This document shows, piece by piece, positions 39,606-54,974 of a stretch of DNA of 64,000 bases. Below the pieces are notes generated by a model. It searched no databases and was not told the DNA's origin. It saw only the letters and a program-made list of their open reading frames with translations. This stretch comes from Chrysomallon squamiferum (taxonomy: Eukaryota; Animalia; Mollusca): the NCBI GenBank assembly GCA_012295275.1, contig CM022671.1, forward strand, positions 22,816,001 through 22,880,000, given 5' to 3'. The position numbers and the translations under genes were made by a program. Each line of letters begins with the position of its first letter. Position 1 is the first letter of the stretch.

Positions 39606-40800
39606 ATTACTATGAGTATTACCATTACTGCTACTCGGATTACTTACACAGCTACTACTACTACTTCTACTACTACTACTACTGCTTTGCAACTACTACT
39701 ACTACTATAGCTATTTCAAACGATAATAATAATGGCAATAATCAACAACAATAATCAACAACAACAACAACAACAACAATAATAATAATATATTTTACAA
39801 CATTAATATAACGAACTGCAAGATTAAAGGACATTAACAAAAGAATCAGTTGGTTTGACTTTCAAATCCGACGGTTACGGACGTCAGACAGAAACCTTTG
39901 TTCCTGTCTGAATTACTCTGTACGTTTGTCCTACAAACTGATCAATGGGATATTATTACAATGAGATACATCGTAGCTGACACTAACACCTGCATTTGGT
40001 GTTACAAAGTCAGCGCAAAATTAATAAAAAATTTAAAACGATACCAATAACAATGTCATTTGAGATGTTACTGAGACAATTTCAATTGACAGCGGACCGA
40101 AACAAAATTAATTGAGTGTCAGCACAGATACACATTTATTTTTATACAGGTTTATACCACAACAAAAACAAGACAATAATAGTATCAGAAGAACAACAGT
40201 AACAACATTGGTACAGTTAATAATAATAACAACAACAACAACAATAACTGTAGTAGTAACATTAACATTAACAGTAGTAGTAGTTGTAGTAATTGTATTT
40301 GTAGTAGTAGTGGTGATGGTGGTGGTCGTGGTGGCTGAAATAATTGTAGTAGTAATAGTATAATAATAAGTATTAACTGTGATGATATTATTATTATTAT
40401 TATTATTACTGTTATTATTATTAGTAGTAGTAGTAGTAATACTAGTAGCAGCAGTAGTAGTAGTAGTACCAGTGGTAGGAATAGTGGTGGTGGTAGAAGA
40501 CGAAAAAAAAAAAAATAATAACAATAGGAACAATAACGACAACAACCACAGCATCAACGATAACAAGAATTACAACAGCAGTATTTAGTGTGATTTAATA
40601 AGGTAAAACAGGTGTATCTATATTTGTGTCTGTGTCCTCAACTCGTCAATACTTCAGCGTACATGACCTACTGACTGACTGAGCGATCCATCAACAAACT
40701 AATCCCATCATGAATCAATGAACACAGCGGAATCAATCAAACAACATTTGTTTTATTAAACCTAGCGGTTCAACCACTTCCACTGTAAATTAATCACCTC

Positions 40801-40831
<31 letters not shown>

Positions 40832-41871
40832 AGTATGAAAAACAAGTAAAAAAAAAAAAAAAAAAACATTTTTTTTTTTAAAATGGAAGGTTGTTTTTAT
40901 TAGGTAATCAAAGACTCTTCTCTATCTTTTTTTTTTTTTTTTTTTGTATCTTTCTCTTGTTGTTATTGTAATTCTTTTATCCAGGGAAGTCTTTGTGAAT
41001 CAATTGCTTCACAGTGCAGACGATTTAAAAGTTTCCATTTATTTTAAGAGTGCAGCCTTTTTAAAAGTACCGCATTAATTAGATTCACTGTCTACGAAAC
41101 GGGATCGCATTTCTCAGTTATCGTTTTTGGCAATCGCACGAAGACAAAACGCAAAACGTTATTACGCGAAATCGTTTTTTTTTTAAAAACAGCACGAGGG
41201 CCGTTTCGTTGATGGAAATCGCCATTGTGTGTCTGACGTCATCAACGACAGCTCCCTGCGTGGGAGGAACCGCTAGGGTTTCCCGGCTCTTGTATTATCT
41301 TTAAGAGCAGTCATCAGTTAAGGAAAATCAATTGACGAATTGATTAAGGTTTTTTTTTCTTCAAATAAGTGACTTCTGAAAGTGGTGATTTTCTTTATTC
41401 TGTTTCCATCTTTTCTGCTTAATTGTGATGTAGTTGTTAGGTCTCCGAGTTTTTTTTTGTGGAGCGGGTTGGTCGTAATTAAATTGATTACGGGCCCCTT
41501 TTTCGAGTGCGTCAATGGATCGTTTCTGTTCGTTCTGACGACTGTTCGGTTGTTTCCAGAACTCATTTTGTACCTTTGGCAGAGTGCACTTTCTGTTTAT
41601 GTTAGCGAGTACAATAGAGATTCAAAGTAAATACTGTTTACAACGAATGTTTTAAATCACTAGTTTTTCTGTTTGAATTTGTTTATGTTTTATATACGTT
41701 CGATTATTTTATGAAAAACAGAATGGAAAAAAGGGGAAAAAATAAAAAAAAATAAAAAATAAAGGAGAAAACCCCAACGAAATACTTTTCTCTCTGTATC
41801 TCTTTCTCTCCACTTCTCTCTCTCTCTGTCTCTGGTATTTTTTATTTTATTTATTTATTTATTTTCGATAA

Positions 41872-41915
<44 letters not shown>

Positions 41916-42267
41916 ATTTTACAATTCTGCGAGCATTCACAATACACTGTGGAAAGATAAGATGTAGCGAGCAGTTTAAAAAAAAAACTTAGACTTTTGC
42001 TTTGAAGGATATCAAACTTTCTGAAGGCAGTGAAAGAGACATTAGCGGAAGCTGTGTCAGGTTTCCGTGGAAACGTGTTCCTGCGCGCACAGCTGCGCTG
42101 TGGACTAATTGATAATTTAACATCGCCAGCAGGCACAGTTACGGAAGTCGTCTGCGTTTCGCTTAGAAAAAAGTTCCTTACAGTTATTTTTTAACTTTTC
42201 ACAGTGTACTCTAGTTTTTTTCTTTTATTTTTGCAGTTTTTGGAATTAATTACTTTTTTTTTTTTTA

Positions 42268-42311
<44 letters not shown>

Positions 42312-43718
42312 ATAAAAATAAAATTAAATTTCTGAAGAAGAAAATAACAACGAATAAATCCAATAACAAAATCAAAACAAACAAACAAACAAATAATAAT
42401 GATAATAATAAAAAATAATAATAAATTAAATAATAATAATAATAATGATAATGATAATACCCCCCCTTTTTTTTAGAAATTCAAAAAACTGAAAAAAAAA
42501 AAAGAAATAAAAATTTTAATAATAATAACAATAAGTCAAAATAAATAAATAAAACCTCAGTTGTCAGTTTCACACCGTTCCCCACCTCCCAAAAATTAAA
42601 ACAAACAAACAAACAAACAAACAAACAAACAAACCGTTCCCAAAAAACCCACACAAGAACTATAACCAATTTAATTTTTTGTTTTACTTCCTATCTGCCC
42701 GCCTCTCTTCACTCAGTCTTTTCTTTCTTGTCTGTACGTCTATCCATCCATCCATCCGTCCATTTGTGTAACTGTGTCCTTCTGTCCCCGTATCCCTTTC
42801 TTTCCGTCTGTCTGTCTGTTCTTCCCTCACTCAAGCCATACATCTTCTTTTCCTTTTTCTTTTACATAAGACAGACAGCTCTGGTGCAGATTTCTTAAAG
42901 AAAAGGACTTTATTTGAAATCTCAGGGACTAACCTTTCGTCTGCTCGTCGAAGACATCTAGTTAATACTGTGTTCGTCTGTGACAAGGAGTTAACAACGT
43001 AATTCAGTTCTAGCGCTGAGCTGCAGCCACAGATAAACTATCCGCTTAATAACGTCACTCTGCCGCAAGATGTCGGATATTCGTTAGCTACGTAACATTA
43101 TTGCAGACGAGTTATTAAACGTAACACATGCTGACAGCGTTAAATCAGCTTTGAGTTGTGGAAAATGAAGATTTATTTCCATAATTTACAACTCACGTGC
43201 GGAAAGACTCAGCAGAATGATTCTGATGCCCACGCAATTTTTTTTTTCTTTTTTTTCTCGTATGCCCACTAGAATGGTTCATCCATCAGAAACAATAATG
43301 CTATCTGCACAAAGCAACATTGTGAAAGGAGCTGACAGTAGTGTTGTTGTCGTCACATCATTATTGCTGTTGTCGTTGCAGTGTTGATGTTACCTTGATT
43401 CTACCGGGTCATAACAATTATCAAATTAGAAGTTCCATGTCGCATGTTGGTGTATTCATTATACACAATTATCTTGTGTTTACGCTGCTTAAGTACAAAT
43501 TATTTCATTCATTAACTCATTCATGTGCTACAGTCACGTGAATGGGTTAAGTGCCGACTATCGACTCATTCTTGGCTTTTGTTTCGGAAGAACGTTTGTA
43601 TCATGTTGGCAGTAATGTGTTGTTGTGTTTTATTGTTGAAAAATTATATGCGATATACAAAACAGTGCTTGTGAAATATTGTTTCGAAATTAGCAGTACA
43701 TGTCAAGAAATAAAACAT

Positions 43719-43792
<74 letters not shown>

Positions 43793-45599
43793 CCAGCTGG
43801 AGTGAGTGAGAGAACCACAAAAAAAGAACGTAATTAAGAAAAACGAATAGAAAATGAAAATAACATCTTGAACTTTAGTAAACAAAAATACAAACATTCA
43901 CATCTACAGATATAAACATTATCTTTATGTAAACTTTATAACGTGTAGTAAATTAAACTAGTAAGTATATAGAATATGTGTAAATAAATAATTAGTTAAT
44001 TTAAATTATTTATCATTTTATTATCCCATTATTTTATGACAAATTATTGAATTATTTGATTTTTTAACTCGATTTTCCAAGAAAATTGAGTATTTTTTCA
44101 CTCCTATTGTCAGTCCCCCACACCAAAAAAAACCCCCAAAAAATTAAGAATACAAATAAAAAAAAAAAAAAAAAAAAACGAACATACAAAAATAATAATA
44201 ATAATAAAAGAATAAATAAAAAAAATAAAATAATAATAATAAAAAAATAAAATAAAATAAATAAAAAATAAATAAATAAATAATAAAGAAAGAAAAAAAG
44301 AATATTAACAACAACAACAGTAATAATAAACAAAGAAGAAAAAGAAGAAGATACAGAAAGCCAAAGGGTTAAAAAAAAAAAAAAAAAATAAAAAAAATCC
44401 TGGAAAAAACACAAAAAAACCCAAGAAATGTCATCAAGACCTTTCCTTAAAGAGGTGAAAAGATAACATGTACGAGTATCTGACGTCTCCTACTTCGTTA
44501 TACAGAGGTAATGAATTCTGTCCAGTGAGCCTGGTTGAGACGTTGTCATTATAATCATGTCATGCAAGACACAAAGAAAGCTGCTGGAACAATAAAAAGT
44601 TGTCATCGTTGTTGATGGACATCATTAAAAAAAAAAAAAAAAAAAAAAAAAATTTAAAAATGTTTGTTGGATGAGTAACTGTTCTAAGAATATCAAACAT
44701 TGTTGTTTTTCGCTTATTTTTTAATTTTTAAATTTTTTTTTTGTTTTCTTATTTTCTTTCTTTGTTTCCTTCTTTTTGATTGTTTAATTGTTATTTTGCG
44801 TGTGCATTAAATGGCAGTGGCATTTAGGACTTTTTCTTCGTTATTCTCACAGTGAACTGCAAATTTAAATACTGCAAAGCAAATAATTAAGACATTTTTT
44901 AAATTTCATTTTATGGATTTTCCAGTCATTGTGCAGGGTTTGAAATTCCTTGTTTGAAGCGCTTTTCAGTTATTGTTTTGCTGAGTGTTTGTATTTTAAT
45001 ATCAGTATGGCATGTCTTTGTATGTGTGTGTGTTGATATATTGATATATATATATGCAGATACACGCACATACACATATATATATTTATATATATACAAT
45101 CACACACACAGACATATATATATATGTTTATATATGTTTTCTGTGAGCGTATGTGCGTGTTTATGTGTATGCGTATGTATGTATGATACATATTCATGTT
45201 TGTTTCACAATCCTTCTGTAACATGTCCACTCAGTTTGTCTATGTGTGTGTGTGTGTGCAAGCATTTAATTGAACAAGAGCATGTGTGTGTATGCTTTGT
45301 GGTTTTAATATCACCTAAAGAATTTGCTCTGCTTGGTCGTGACTTTTCGACTTAACGAGAAAAGCGTCAAACATGCGTTTGATCTCTTTGTCTCGCTGCT
45401 CCAGCGCGCCCCCTACCGAGCACGTGTAAGCTGATAGTTATCGTTTTATCACAGAAATATTTCTTTTCAGTATTGATCAGTTCAGTGATTGAGCGTCAAT
45501 TCATCTGATACTTCCTAATTTTTTTTTTTTGGTGATTGTTGTTCTTCAAAACAGTCACGCAAACAGGCCGTTAAGTTTGATTATCATCACCATAGATAT

Positions 45600-45904
45600 A
45601 TTACTACAACAACAACAACAACAACAAGTACTACTACTACTACTAGTACTACTATTCTGCTACTACTAGTACTATTACTACTACTACTACTCTACTATTC
45701 CTATTAGTACTACTAGTAATATTACTACTGTTGCTGCTACTACTATTACTGCTATTAGTACTGCTACTACTATTACTATTACTACTAATAGTACTACATA
45801 TAAGTACAACAACAATTACCTATATTATTACTGTTGCTACTGCTGTTGCTACGACTACTACCACCACCACCACTATATATATATTTATATATAACTACTG
45901 CTTC

Positions 45905-45952
<48 letters not shown>

Positions 45953-45970
45953 TATTATTATTATTATTAC
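45600..45970. repeat. (ACA/CTA/AAT)n compound trinucleotide tract
   Basis: Directly visible. Confidence 0.9.
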
Positions 45971-47078
45971 TGAATTGCAATATTTGAAAAAAAATATAAT
46001 TTTTTTTTTATCTACTTATATACTTATTTATCCTAAATGTTCATAATTCTTTTTGACTGATGAGAACATGAAAAAAAAAAAAAAAAAAAACACCCAATAT
46101 TTATAAATTTTTTGACCTACAAAACTCAACTCTGCTCGCATTTGTTCTGACATTTCCTGGTTTTTTTATTTCGTATATTTTATGAACTAACAAGTTTTCA
46201 TAACGTGTATCTAAAAATGAGTCAACACACCACGTGACCATAATAAATAACTGAATAATATTCACCTATGTGTCGTTTTGACTACGAAGTTATGAGAGTT
46301 TTCAGTGGAATGCAACTAAGCATGACCAGCCTTAAAAGGATATATATCTACTCTTTTCCTCATTCTATCTTGCAATTTTTTTTTCCCCTTTATTTCTCTA
46401 GTCTTGCTTATTTCACGCCAAAAAAAATCTAATATAATTATCATTAAGAAATTTTAAAAGTTTTACTCTTTATATTTTGAATAAATGAATAAATGGCAAT
46501 GGTTTTTTGTATATTAAATACTTGGTTTAGCTATAAAGATGAAAAGATTGATTTTTTTATCATGTCAGAAATGGATGTTTTTATCAGCTGCTTACCCTAG
46601 AAGGAGAAAGCATAATCAAAAGATCTTTGAAGTATCATTTGGAACGGGAAATCTTCCAGTATGTAGACATTCATTCATTCATGCGTAATACATTCTTGAA
46701 ATGCGAAAGCTTTACATCACCTTCTGATAAAGACTTTGATACAAATTAAAATAATGTTAGGTTATCGGCAAAATGTTAAAATAATGTTTCTTTCATATTT
46801 ATGTTAAAGAAAACATAACTAGTCATTTTAGTTTACATTATTTTTTTTATATACAGGTTTTGCTACGCATTTGAAATTCACTGTTTTAATATGTCATCAT
46901 CATCATCATCTTTATTTTTACAAAACACCTCTGCTGTTCTTGTACGCAGCTCAATTTCACGACTTGTTCGTCAGAACTGCATTTTCAAACACAATCTGGT
47001 AACACCTGTAAGAATTCCCTTTGAAGTTTTATATCGAAAATTAATAAATAACAGCTTTTTTCGTGACTTTTTGAATTC

Positions 47079-47117
<39 letters not shown>

Positions 47118-48588
47118 TAACACGACATTTATCAGATGTAATGTATACACGCCAAGAAAAACGGAAGACTGGGTCAGAGATAATTATCCTCAGACTGGGT
47201 TAAAGTGCGCGCGGAGTAGTAAATAAATACGTTTATTACTGAACATGACATTTATGCACTTGGCCAACATCTCATTACAAAACGGAACGTCTTTACCCTG
47301 CGCCTGGGGAGGGGTCGCAACATTTAGCGTACGTCCCTTGTTTTTTGATTCGCAGACGACACTTTCTTTACCATCTCTTTTTTTCTTTCATTTTTCTTTT
47401 CTTTCTTTCTTTCTTTCTTTCTTTCTTACTTTCTTTCTTTCTTACTTCCTTCCTTTCATTTGCTTTTGTTTTAAGAAAGAATTTTATTTCTGAACGAAAG
47501 AACGAACGAACGAAGAATATTCAACGACAGTGTAACATATTAACGGTTACGAGATGACATCATGTTTTGACTTTACGTAAAGCTATCACGTGAAAAGAAA
47601 CCCGTTGAAATTATTTCATGGACTGCTCGTTTTAATTTGCAGAAAGGAATCTTTTACGTGCGCCTTTTCGTAAACATTAAGCAAAATATCACGATCTTTA
47701 ATAAATCATTTATGGGGCATTCGAGAGGCACTCGAAGTCGAATTACTTCTCGACCTTGAACGTTATAATTCACTGTATTTTCGTTGAGCCCCTTTTTTCG
47801 GAATATTAGTCCGCTCCAAAACTTAAGAATCTAAAAAGAAGAAGAAAAGAAGAAAAAAAAAAAGAAAAAAAAGATGGAGGTTGAATGTCAGGTAACTAAC
47901 CTCTTGTTCACTGTGTTGTTATATTCACACAGATTTATTTATCACTGAGTCTAGACGCATACATCGTAAGTAAGAAACGTGAACATGTGTTTATGACACT
48001 TCGGGATAATGTCTAATTAATAACTTGTTAGAGCTCATACATGAACGTAATAGGTCTCTGCCAAGTTTCGCTGGGTTTTAAAAAAAAAAAAAAAAAATTA
48101 ATTTAAACGTGTGAAAGGAAAGTGTTATTTAATGACCAACTCATTTAAAGTATGATAAAACGTCAAACAGATGATTAAGCAACGATACATAAATCATAAC
48201 GAGAGAGGAAACCGGCTTCCACCCTCGCAAATGGCAGGCTGCTCTCGTTTTCGAATTGTAGCAAAATATATTACGTTATATAAACCTTCCCGCGGAGGGA
48301 GGGATGGGATGGAAATGACTGAACAATGGAAGTGCCTTGACTATTTTCAGAAGCAGTATTATGTGTATATGTTTCTGAAAAAAGAAACAATCTACACTCA
48401 AAGACTGTGTCCAGAAAAACTTTGCTTCTTAACAGTTATATATATATACATACACACACACACATATATATGAACGTGCATGCTCGTGAGTTATATGTAA
48501 CTCTAACACTGTGTTAAATCCAGTTAGATTACGTTTGAAATTGATGACTAAAAATCTCTATCCTGTTTTTATAAAAAAAAAAATTATA

Positions 48589-48626
<38 letters not shown>

Positions 48627-50071
48627 ATAATAATAATAATAATAATAATAATAAATTAATATTATTATTATTATTATTATAAACAAAATGGTATTTAAAT
48701 CTTCATTCGTTCAGACACAAGGCCTGGTGAAAAATAAATCGACGTTTTTTTTTTATCAAGAACTAGGATTGGCACGCGAATACGACTGTCAGTGATGTAA
48801 CTGAAGATAAGAAAACTGACTGAATGATTATTTCAGATATTCCGTGCATTTGCTCAACTGAAGTTCAAGGTCACATTTTGTATTTTTAATCACGTCTAAA
48901 AGTGTATTACGTACACCTTCACTTTAAACGAACATTCATTTACTCTAATTTGCTTTAGGCGAAGAAGTAAGCAGAAGAAAAAAGAAAAAGAAGAAGAAGG
49001 TAACGATGACAATAATAATAAAGAAAAAAATATAAATATGATGATGATGATGATGATGATGATGATAACAAACAAAACGGAGAAAGAAAAGGAAAAAGTG
49101 AAGGCAAATAAAATGTTAATAAATGATGTAAAATATAATTGTTATTAATTCATAATTTTTGGATTAATTAATAAGTGTTCACATTAATTATTTTAATATC
49201 CTAAATTTCAAAAAAAGATTTATTCCTGTTATCGAGAAATCAGCTTCTCACTGGGAACTGTTACACGTGCGTTCACTTCACACAGGAATGCACGTGAAAA
49301 CATTTGATGCACTGTGCAGAATATTTTCGTCAGCCATCTTTTAGCTTTCATTATCTTAATTATGTCATCTAATTTATTTCTGTTAGGGATTCATTACGCC
49401 CCCCACCCACAGACAATTATATCTGCCTACCTACACAACATACCTATATAATTAATATATACATACAAACATACGCAAAAAGTTCATGCGAATATATGGC
49501 TATATATGCGTGTGTGTGTTTATATCTATAATAATGTATGTATGTATATATAGATAGATAGATAGATTAGATAATATTGATATTTATATATATGTACACA
49601 TACACATGTATCTCTTTAAAAATCTCAGTAATTATAGGAAATAAAACGAGTCTGTGATGAAAAAGCAGACGCACGTGTAATTAACTTATTATTAATACCG
49701 CTGACGAAATAATCGCGACATATATCACAGATAAGTAACAGCTGCTTACATGCAACTGCACCACTACATACGCGAAAACTCTTTGAGAGTGTCTTTTTTT
49801 TGTAAAAAAAAAAAAAAAAAAAATTCACGACCTTCATCAAGATAACTGTGTCATTTACGTCAGGCAGAACGAAACAGCGGGAGGTATGTGTCCAGACGAA
49901 GATTAAAGCAGTTAAAAGTATGGAAATTATATATATATATATATATAAAAAAAATATCGTATGTAACTTGTGGATCATCTCGTGGTTTTGGGGTTGTTGT
50001 TTTTTTCTGCATAACATGACATGACGGCTTTCGTTGCCTGCGGCACACCCCACTTTTATCTAATATGTCAC

Positions 50072-50101
50072 AGAGAGAGAGAGAGAGAGAGATTGAGAGA
50101 G

Positions 50102-50181
<80 letters not shown>
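50072..50181. repeat. (GA)n microsatellite
   Basis: Directly visible. Confidence 0.95.
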
Positions 50182-50184
<3 letters not shown>

Positions 50185-50379
50185 TTGCTACTGGTGGCCT
50201 AATGAAGTCGACGTGTTAAAAACAGGTACACTCGTGAACGACACAGAAATCGCACAAAACCCTGTTACTCGCCCGAGGCGGCCTCAGCTGAGTGGTCTGG
50301 TATACTACTAATAATAATAATATACACTTTTCTTTTTTTAAATGTCCCAAAATAAATAAATACAAACAAAATAAATTAA

Positions 50380-50417
<38 letters not shown>

Positions 50418-52722
50418 TTTTTGTTTTCTTCTATGATCTGGATTCTGGGGATTTGAATGAATGATGATGATGATGGTAATAATAATAGTATAATGATGAT
50501 TATGATGATGTTAATGAAGATGATGATGATGATGATGATAATGATGTTAATGATGATGGTCATAATAACGCATTATTTTGTTCGAGACCAAAAAGGGACA
50601 GTAACTGTTAAATGCTTCTTCATAATAATACATCATATGCAGATATATTAATGCATTCACATTTTTCTTCTTCTTCTTAAAGCGTACATACATATTTACT
50701 TCATACTGTGACGAAATTATAAATTAACGAGCGAACACAATCCCTGTTATCGAGAAAACAGACAGCGGGTTCAGAAAGCAGATTAAATGAGTGAACAGAT
50801 ACCAAATTACATAAGCTCGTAAATTTGTTACAAATTGCAATGTGTTTACAAGTTGCACAAAAAACGTAAACAAGTTTCAAACCGTGAAATAACGCCTTAA
50901 TTATTACAAATTACATAATACTTAAACTGTTAAATAGTTAAAAAAATTAAAAAAAAAAAAAAAAAAAAAAATAAAAAAAAATAATAAAAAAGGTTAAAAA
51001 ACACTAAAAACTTCTAGTACAGAACACATTAAACAGCTGCGTTGGCAAAAACATGGTTGTATTTTAATAGAAAGAACCGTTCTAGTTATAGCATACAATG
51101 ATATTTAAAAATATTTACGCACTAGTAAATATTCACTTTAAACTTTTACCTGTTTATATTAATCGGAGAGCAAAATAACAAAATTAATAATAGTCTTTAA
51201 TTTTTTATACCTGACACACTGAAACACAAACCTAATTTCATCATCTCGTTCACGAGTTTAATCATTTTATTAGGCACAGCTGTAGCAATTTGGTTCCGAC
51301 AAGTAAACAATAAATAGGTCAAGGTCACTCATCAGACGTCAGTTTGACAGAATCTGGACTAATAACATAGCAGGACGACCCATTCGATTATTATTGTAAT
51401 ATACAAGTTAAATGAGGAATATCGAAATTGTAAAAAGATGTATGAAATAGCCACGTTGCCTTTAATTTTCAAGATGAAATGAGTTTTATAATAACAATAA
51501 AAAGAATTAAAAAAAAAAAAAAAAAAAAGAAGAAAAAAAAAGCAATTCAGTTGACAATAATACGAAAGAGCACGCATTGAATGAAACATAAACTACCATT
51601 TTTTTTTTCTTTCTATCGCACCCGATGTAAGTATTTGTAATTATTATTTTATTATTTATTTTTGTTTTAATAAAATACATTTCCTTACTTCAGTTTTATC
51701 CAGCATAATGATGATTCCTGAAATCTTTTCCTGAAATCTTGCATCCTGTCTCTAACTGATACCGTTGTTACCTAATAATATTTGATTAGCTCTGTTTTGG
51801 ACATGTTGTGTAGTAATACTGTTTAACAACATTGCCCAGTATCTGTGTTCACGCCATTCGACCATTTAATGTAAAGGTTTTTGAATCTTTATTTAACTGA
51901 AAATATTTGACTGATGCGTACTCTATTCCAAATATTACGTGCAGAGCAGCTTCAGTATGGTAAATTAAAACGTGAACGAAATGTGCAGATTGCTTTAACA
52001 AGATAAAATGTAATGCAAAATTATAATTTTTGAATATATATAGACACACACACAAATACACACATATGGTTCGGGGCTTTTTTTGTCGGTCGGATGGGAA
52101 GATCATCATTCTTCAAATGACTTTTTCTACAAATATTGTTTTTACGTTTTTACGCCTTTACAGAATCTTGCTCGAGCACTAAACGCGTATCACAGTTTGG
52201 AAACCAGTGATTTAATTTATCAGATTAGAAATCTTTTATCTGGGAAACAGGAATTCGTGCGTTGCAAAAGTACGAAAAGGTGAAAATAATAAATCTTGGT
52301 CGGCAAACTCGCTAATTACGAATAATTTAATAATAATAAATTTTGTTTTAAAGTTATTCTTATTTCTTTCTTTTGTTCTTTCTTTCTTTGTTTCTTCTTC
52401 TTTTTATGAGAGTAATATTGATTCGGTATGAGTAACGGTTGTGGCCCACATCATCGATAAAGGGTCACTCAGGACTATCTGCTAAACCTCGGCGATTGAA
52501 ACTTTTTGTTGAGTATTAATTTAGCTTAACGTCATCATTGTAATCCATTTTGTACTGGCTTCAGACAAAACACTATAACTGGGTCATTTATTGCACTGGA
52601 TCATTCCTAAAAGAATTTACTGACAACAATAACAAACAACAGAAGCAACGCAGCAGCAATGTCAACATCGAAGATAACAACAGAGATGATGATGATGATG
52701 ATGACGATAATAATAATAATAT

Positions 52723-52753
<31 letters not shown>

Positions 52754-52930
52754 AAGAAAGGTTTAAATGAATATCAGTAATATAAATAATGTAAGTCCCA
52801 TGATGACAACTATCATTTGATAATAAAGATAATTATGACGACAATAAAAAAAAAACTGCGTTAAATGAAAATGTTCACTGCAGTGAAATGGGGTTGTTGT
52901 ATATTATTATTATTAAATTTTTTATTTATT

Positions 52931-52971
<41 letters not shown>

Positions 52972-53409
52972 TAATTTGGTTTTAATTCGTGAACAAGGAT
53001 TATATGAAATATATATATATATATATTTTTTTTTTATAACACAAACTGCATATATAAAGCAATATCTATCCTCTTGCGTTTAAAACTTAATAAATTTAAT
53101 ACAACCTTTTCATCACTATCTAACTACTGCGTTCGCATCTGCAAATGAATTTTTTTTTTCTTTACACCGCACCAATTCCCTCTGGTCGCGCTTAAGAATT
53201 TTAGCTCGCTAATGAATTTAGCTAGTTTATATATCTGCATTAAAGACGAGTAAATGTAGAGGGGATATGCAGCATAATTATTTAAGAGTTCTTCGTCTAT
53301 TAGTTTCCTCAAGGCTGTTGTATCCCGAGATCAATAGATCCCTCGACGCTATGCTCTTCATTGTGCTCGAAGACCCTTGCTGATCCTGTCGACTGATAAT
53401 TTATTCTGC

Positions 53410-53470
53410 TGACGTCAATCGTTTATGATGCCATGGCAACCAAATTGGCCGCCACGAGACGCACGCGCAT
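53410..53470. promoter_or_regulatory. Compact CRE + RFX X-box + inverted CCAAT + NRF1-like module
   Basis: TGACGTCA 53410-53417, GATGCCATGGCAAC 53427-53440 (13/14 to GTTGCCATGGCAAC), ATTGG 53444-53448, CGCACGCGCAT 53460-53470. Confidence 0.4.
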
Positions 53471-53802
53471 GGAATTCGACAATTTATTATTCTGCAAAAG
53501 AAAAAAAAAATACAATTTAAAATAACAAAAAAAAAAAAAAATAAAGAAATCAAAGAAAAATGTGATGACAGAGAGAAGCGGAATGCATCGAAAAATTATT
53601 GGAAATTTTGTTGTAAATAGAATGATGGAGATTATAGAAAGGAAAAAATTTTAAAAGCTAACAGTCGAAATAATGGTAATACGTGATATATTAATTTTTT
53701 ATTCAACGTTTTAAATAATGCAGTAGCATAATAATCACAAACAGTATATCACTATAACGACAGAAGTTTTAATAGTAAAAGTAGTGGTATTGCTAATAAT
53801 AG

Positions 53803-54390
53803 TAATTATAGAAGTAGTTGTAGCAGCAGTATAGCAGGAGTAACAGCAGATGTAGTACAACACAGTAGCAGTAGTAGTAGTTATAGAAGTAGTTGTAGCA
53901 GCAGTATAGCAGGAGTAACAGCAGATGTAGTACAACACAGTAGCAGTAGTAGTAGTTATAGAAGTAGTTGTAGCAGCAGTATAGCAGGAGTAACAGCAGA
54001 TGTAGTACAACACAGTAGCAGTAGTAGTTATAGAAGTAGTTGTAGCAGCAGTATAGCAGGAGTAATAGCAGACGTAGTACAACACAGCAGCAGTAGTAAT
54101 TATAGAAGTAGTTGTAGCAGCAGTATAGCAGTAATAGAAGATGTAGTACAACACAGTATCAGTAGTAGTTATAGAAGTAGTTGTAGCAGCAGTATAGCAG
54201 GAGTAATAGCAGACGTAGTACAACACAGCAGCAGTAGTAATTATAGAAGTAGTTGTAGCAGCAGTATAGCAGTAGTAATAGTAGATGTAGTACAACACAG
54301 TAGCAGCAGTAGTTATAGAAGTAGCTGTAGCAGCAGTATAGCAGTAGTAATAGAAGATGTAGTACAACACAGTAGCAGTAGTAGTAGTCA
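53803..54390. repeat. 69-75 bp minisatellite, 8 copies, built from GTA/GCA triplets
   Basis: Anchor GAAGTAG(T/C)TG recurs at 53811, 53886, 53961, 54033, 54105, 54174, 54246 and 54318. Confidence 0.93.
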
Positions 54391-54943
54391 CTACAGGAGA
54401 AGTGTTGTCATTTATGCAGTATTACTACAACCCAGAACTTGCACGATTAACTAGCAGTCGTCATCGCTCGAGCTGTTGATCTAATTCATTAGCATCTACC
54501 AAAAGAGACCTTCCATAACCATTCTTCAGCGTCATCGTCGAGAAACAATATTAAGAATACAGTTTCACAACCATACATTTTTCAACTCCCACTTCCTCTG
54601 TGACCAGTAATTACCACTGTGCATTTTCCAGAGCGCTCGTCAGATCCATCATTGTCTTTGTTCCTGCGCTTCCATCTTTCAGATATCACCATCGCTGGAC
54701 ACCAGTCGTGCGAAGTCAGCAGCATCCGTCTCAGAGGCTGTTTGAGAAACGTGATACGACTGCGTATCTGCTATGATGTGTTATTAGTTTTGTGTTAGTC
54801 AGTAATTATACATTTGAGGTATGTCGAAAGAACTGGTGTCGGTTAACTAAATGGTAAGAAATGGTAAGAAAACTATAAATGCTGATTATAACATGATCGG
54901 TGGAAGATTCAGTTTTTATTATTATTATTATTATTATTTTAAA

Positions 54944-54974
<31 letters not shown>

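Noticed and set aside
49222-50761. Shared word CCTGTTATCGAGAAA at ~49225 and ~50743
   Set aside because: Only ~15-20 nt and the flanks are unrelated. Not enough to call a repeat or motif.
54490-54580. Minus-strand MYGCET...DAEEWLWK resembling an RTE LINE motif
   Set aside because: Only five residues match and the surrounding frame does not continue as reverse transcriptase.
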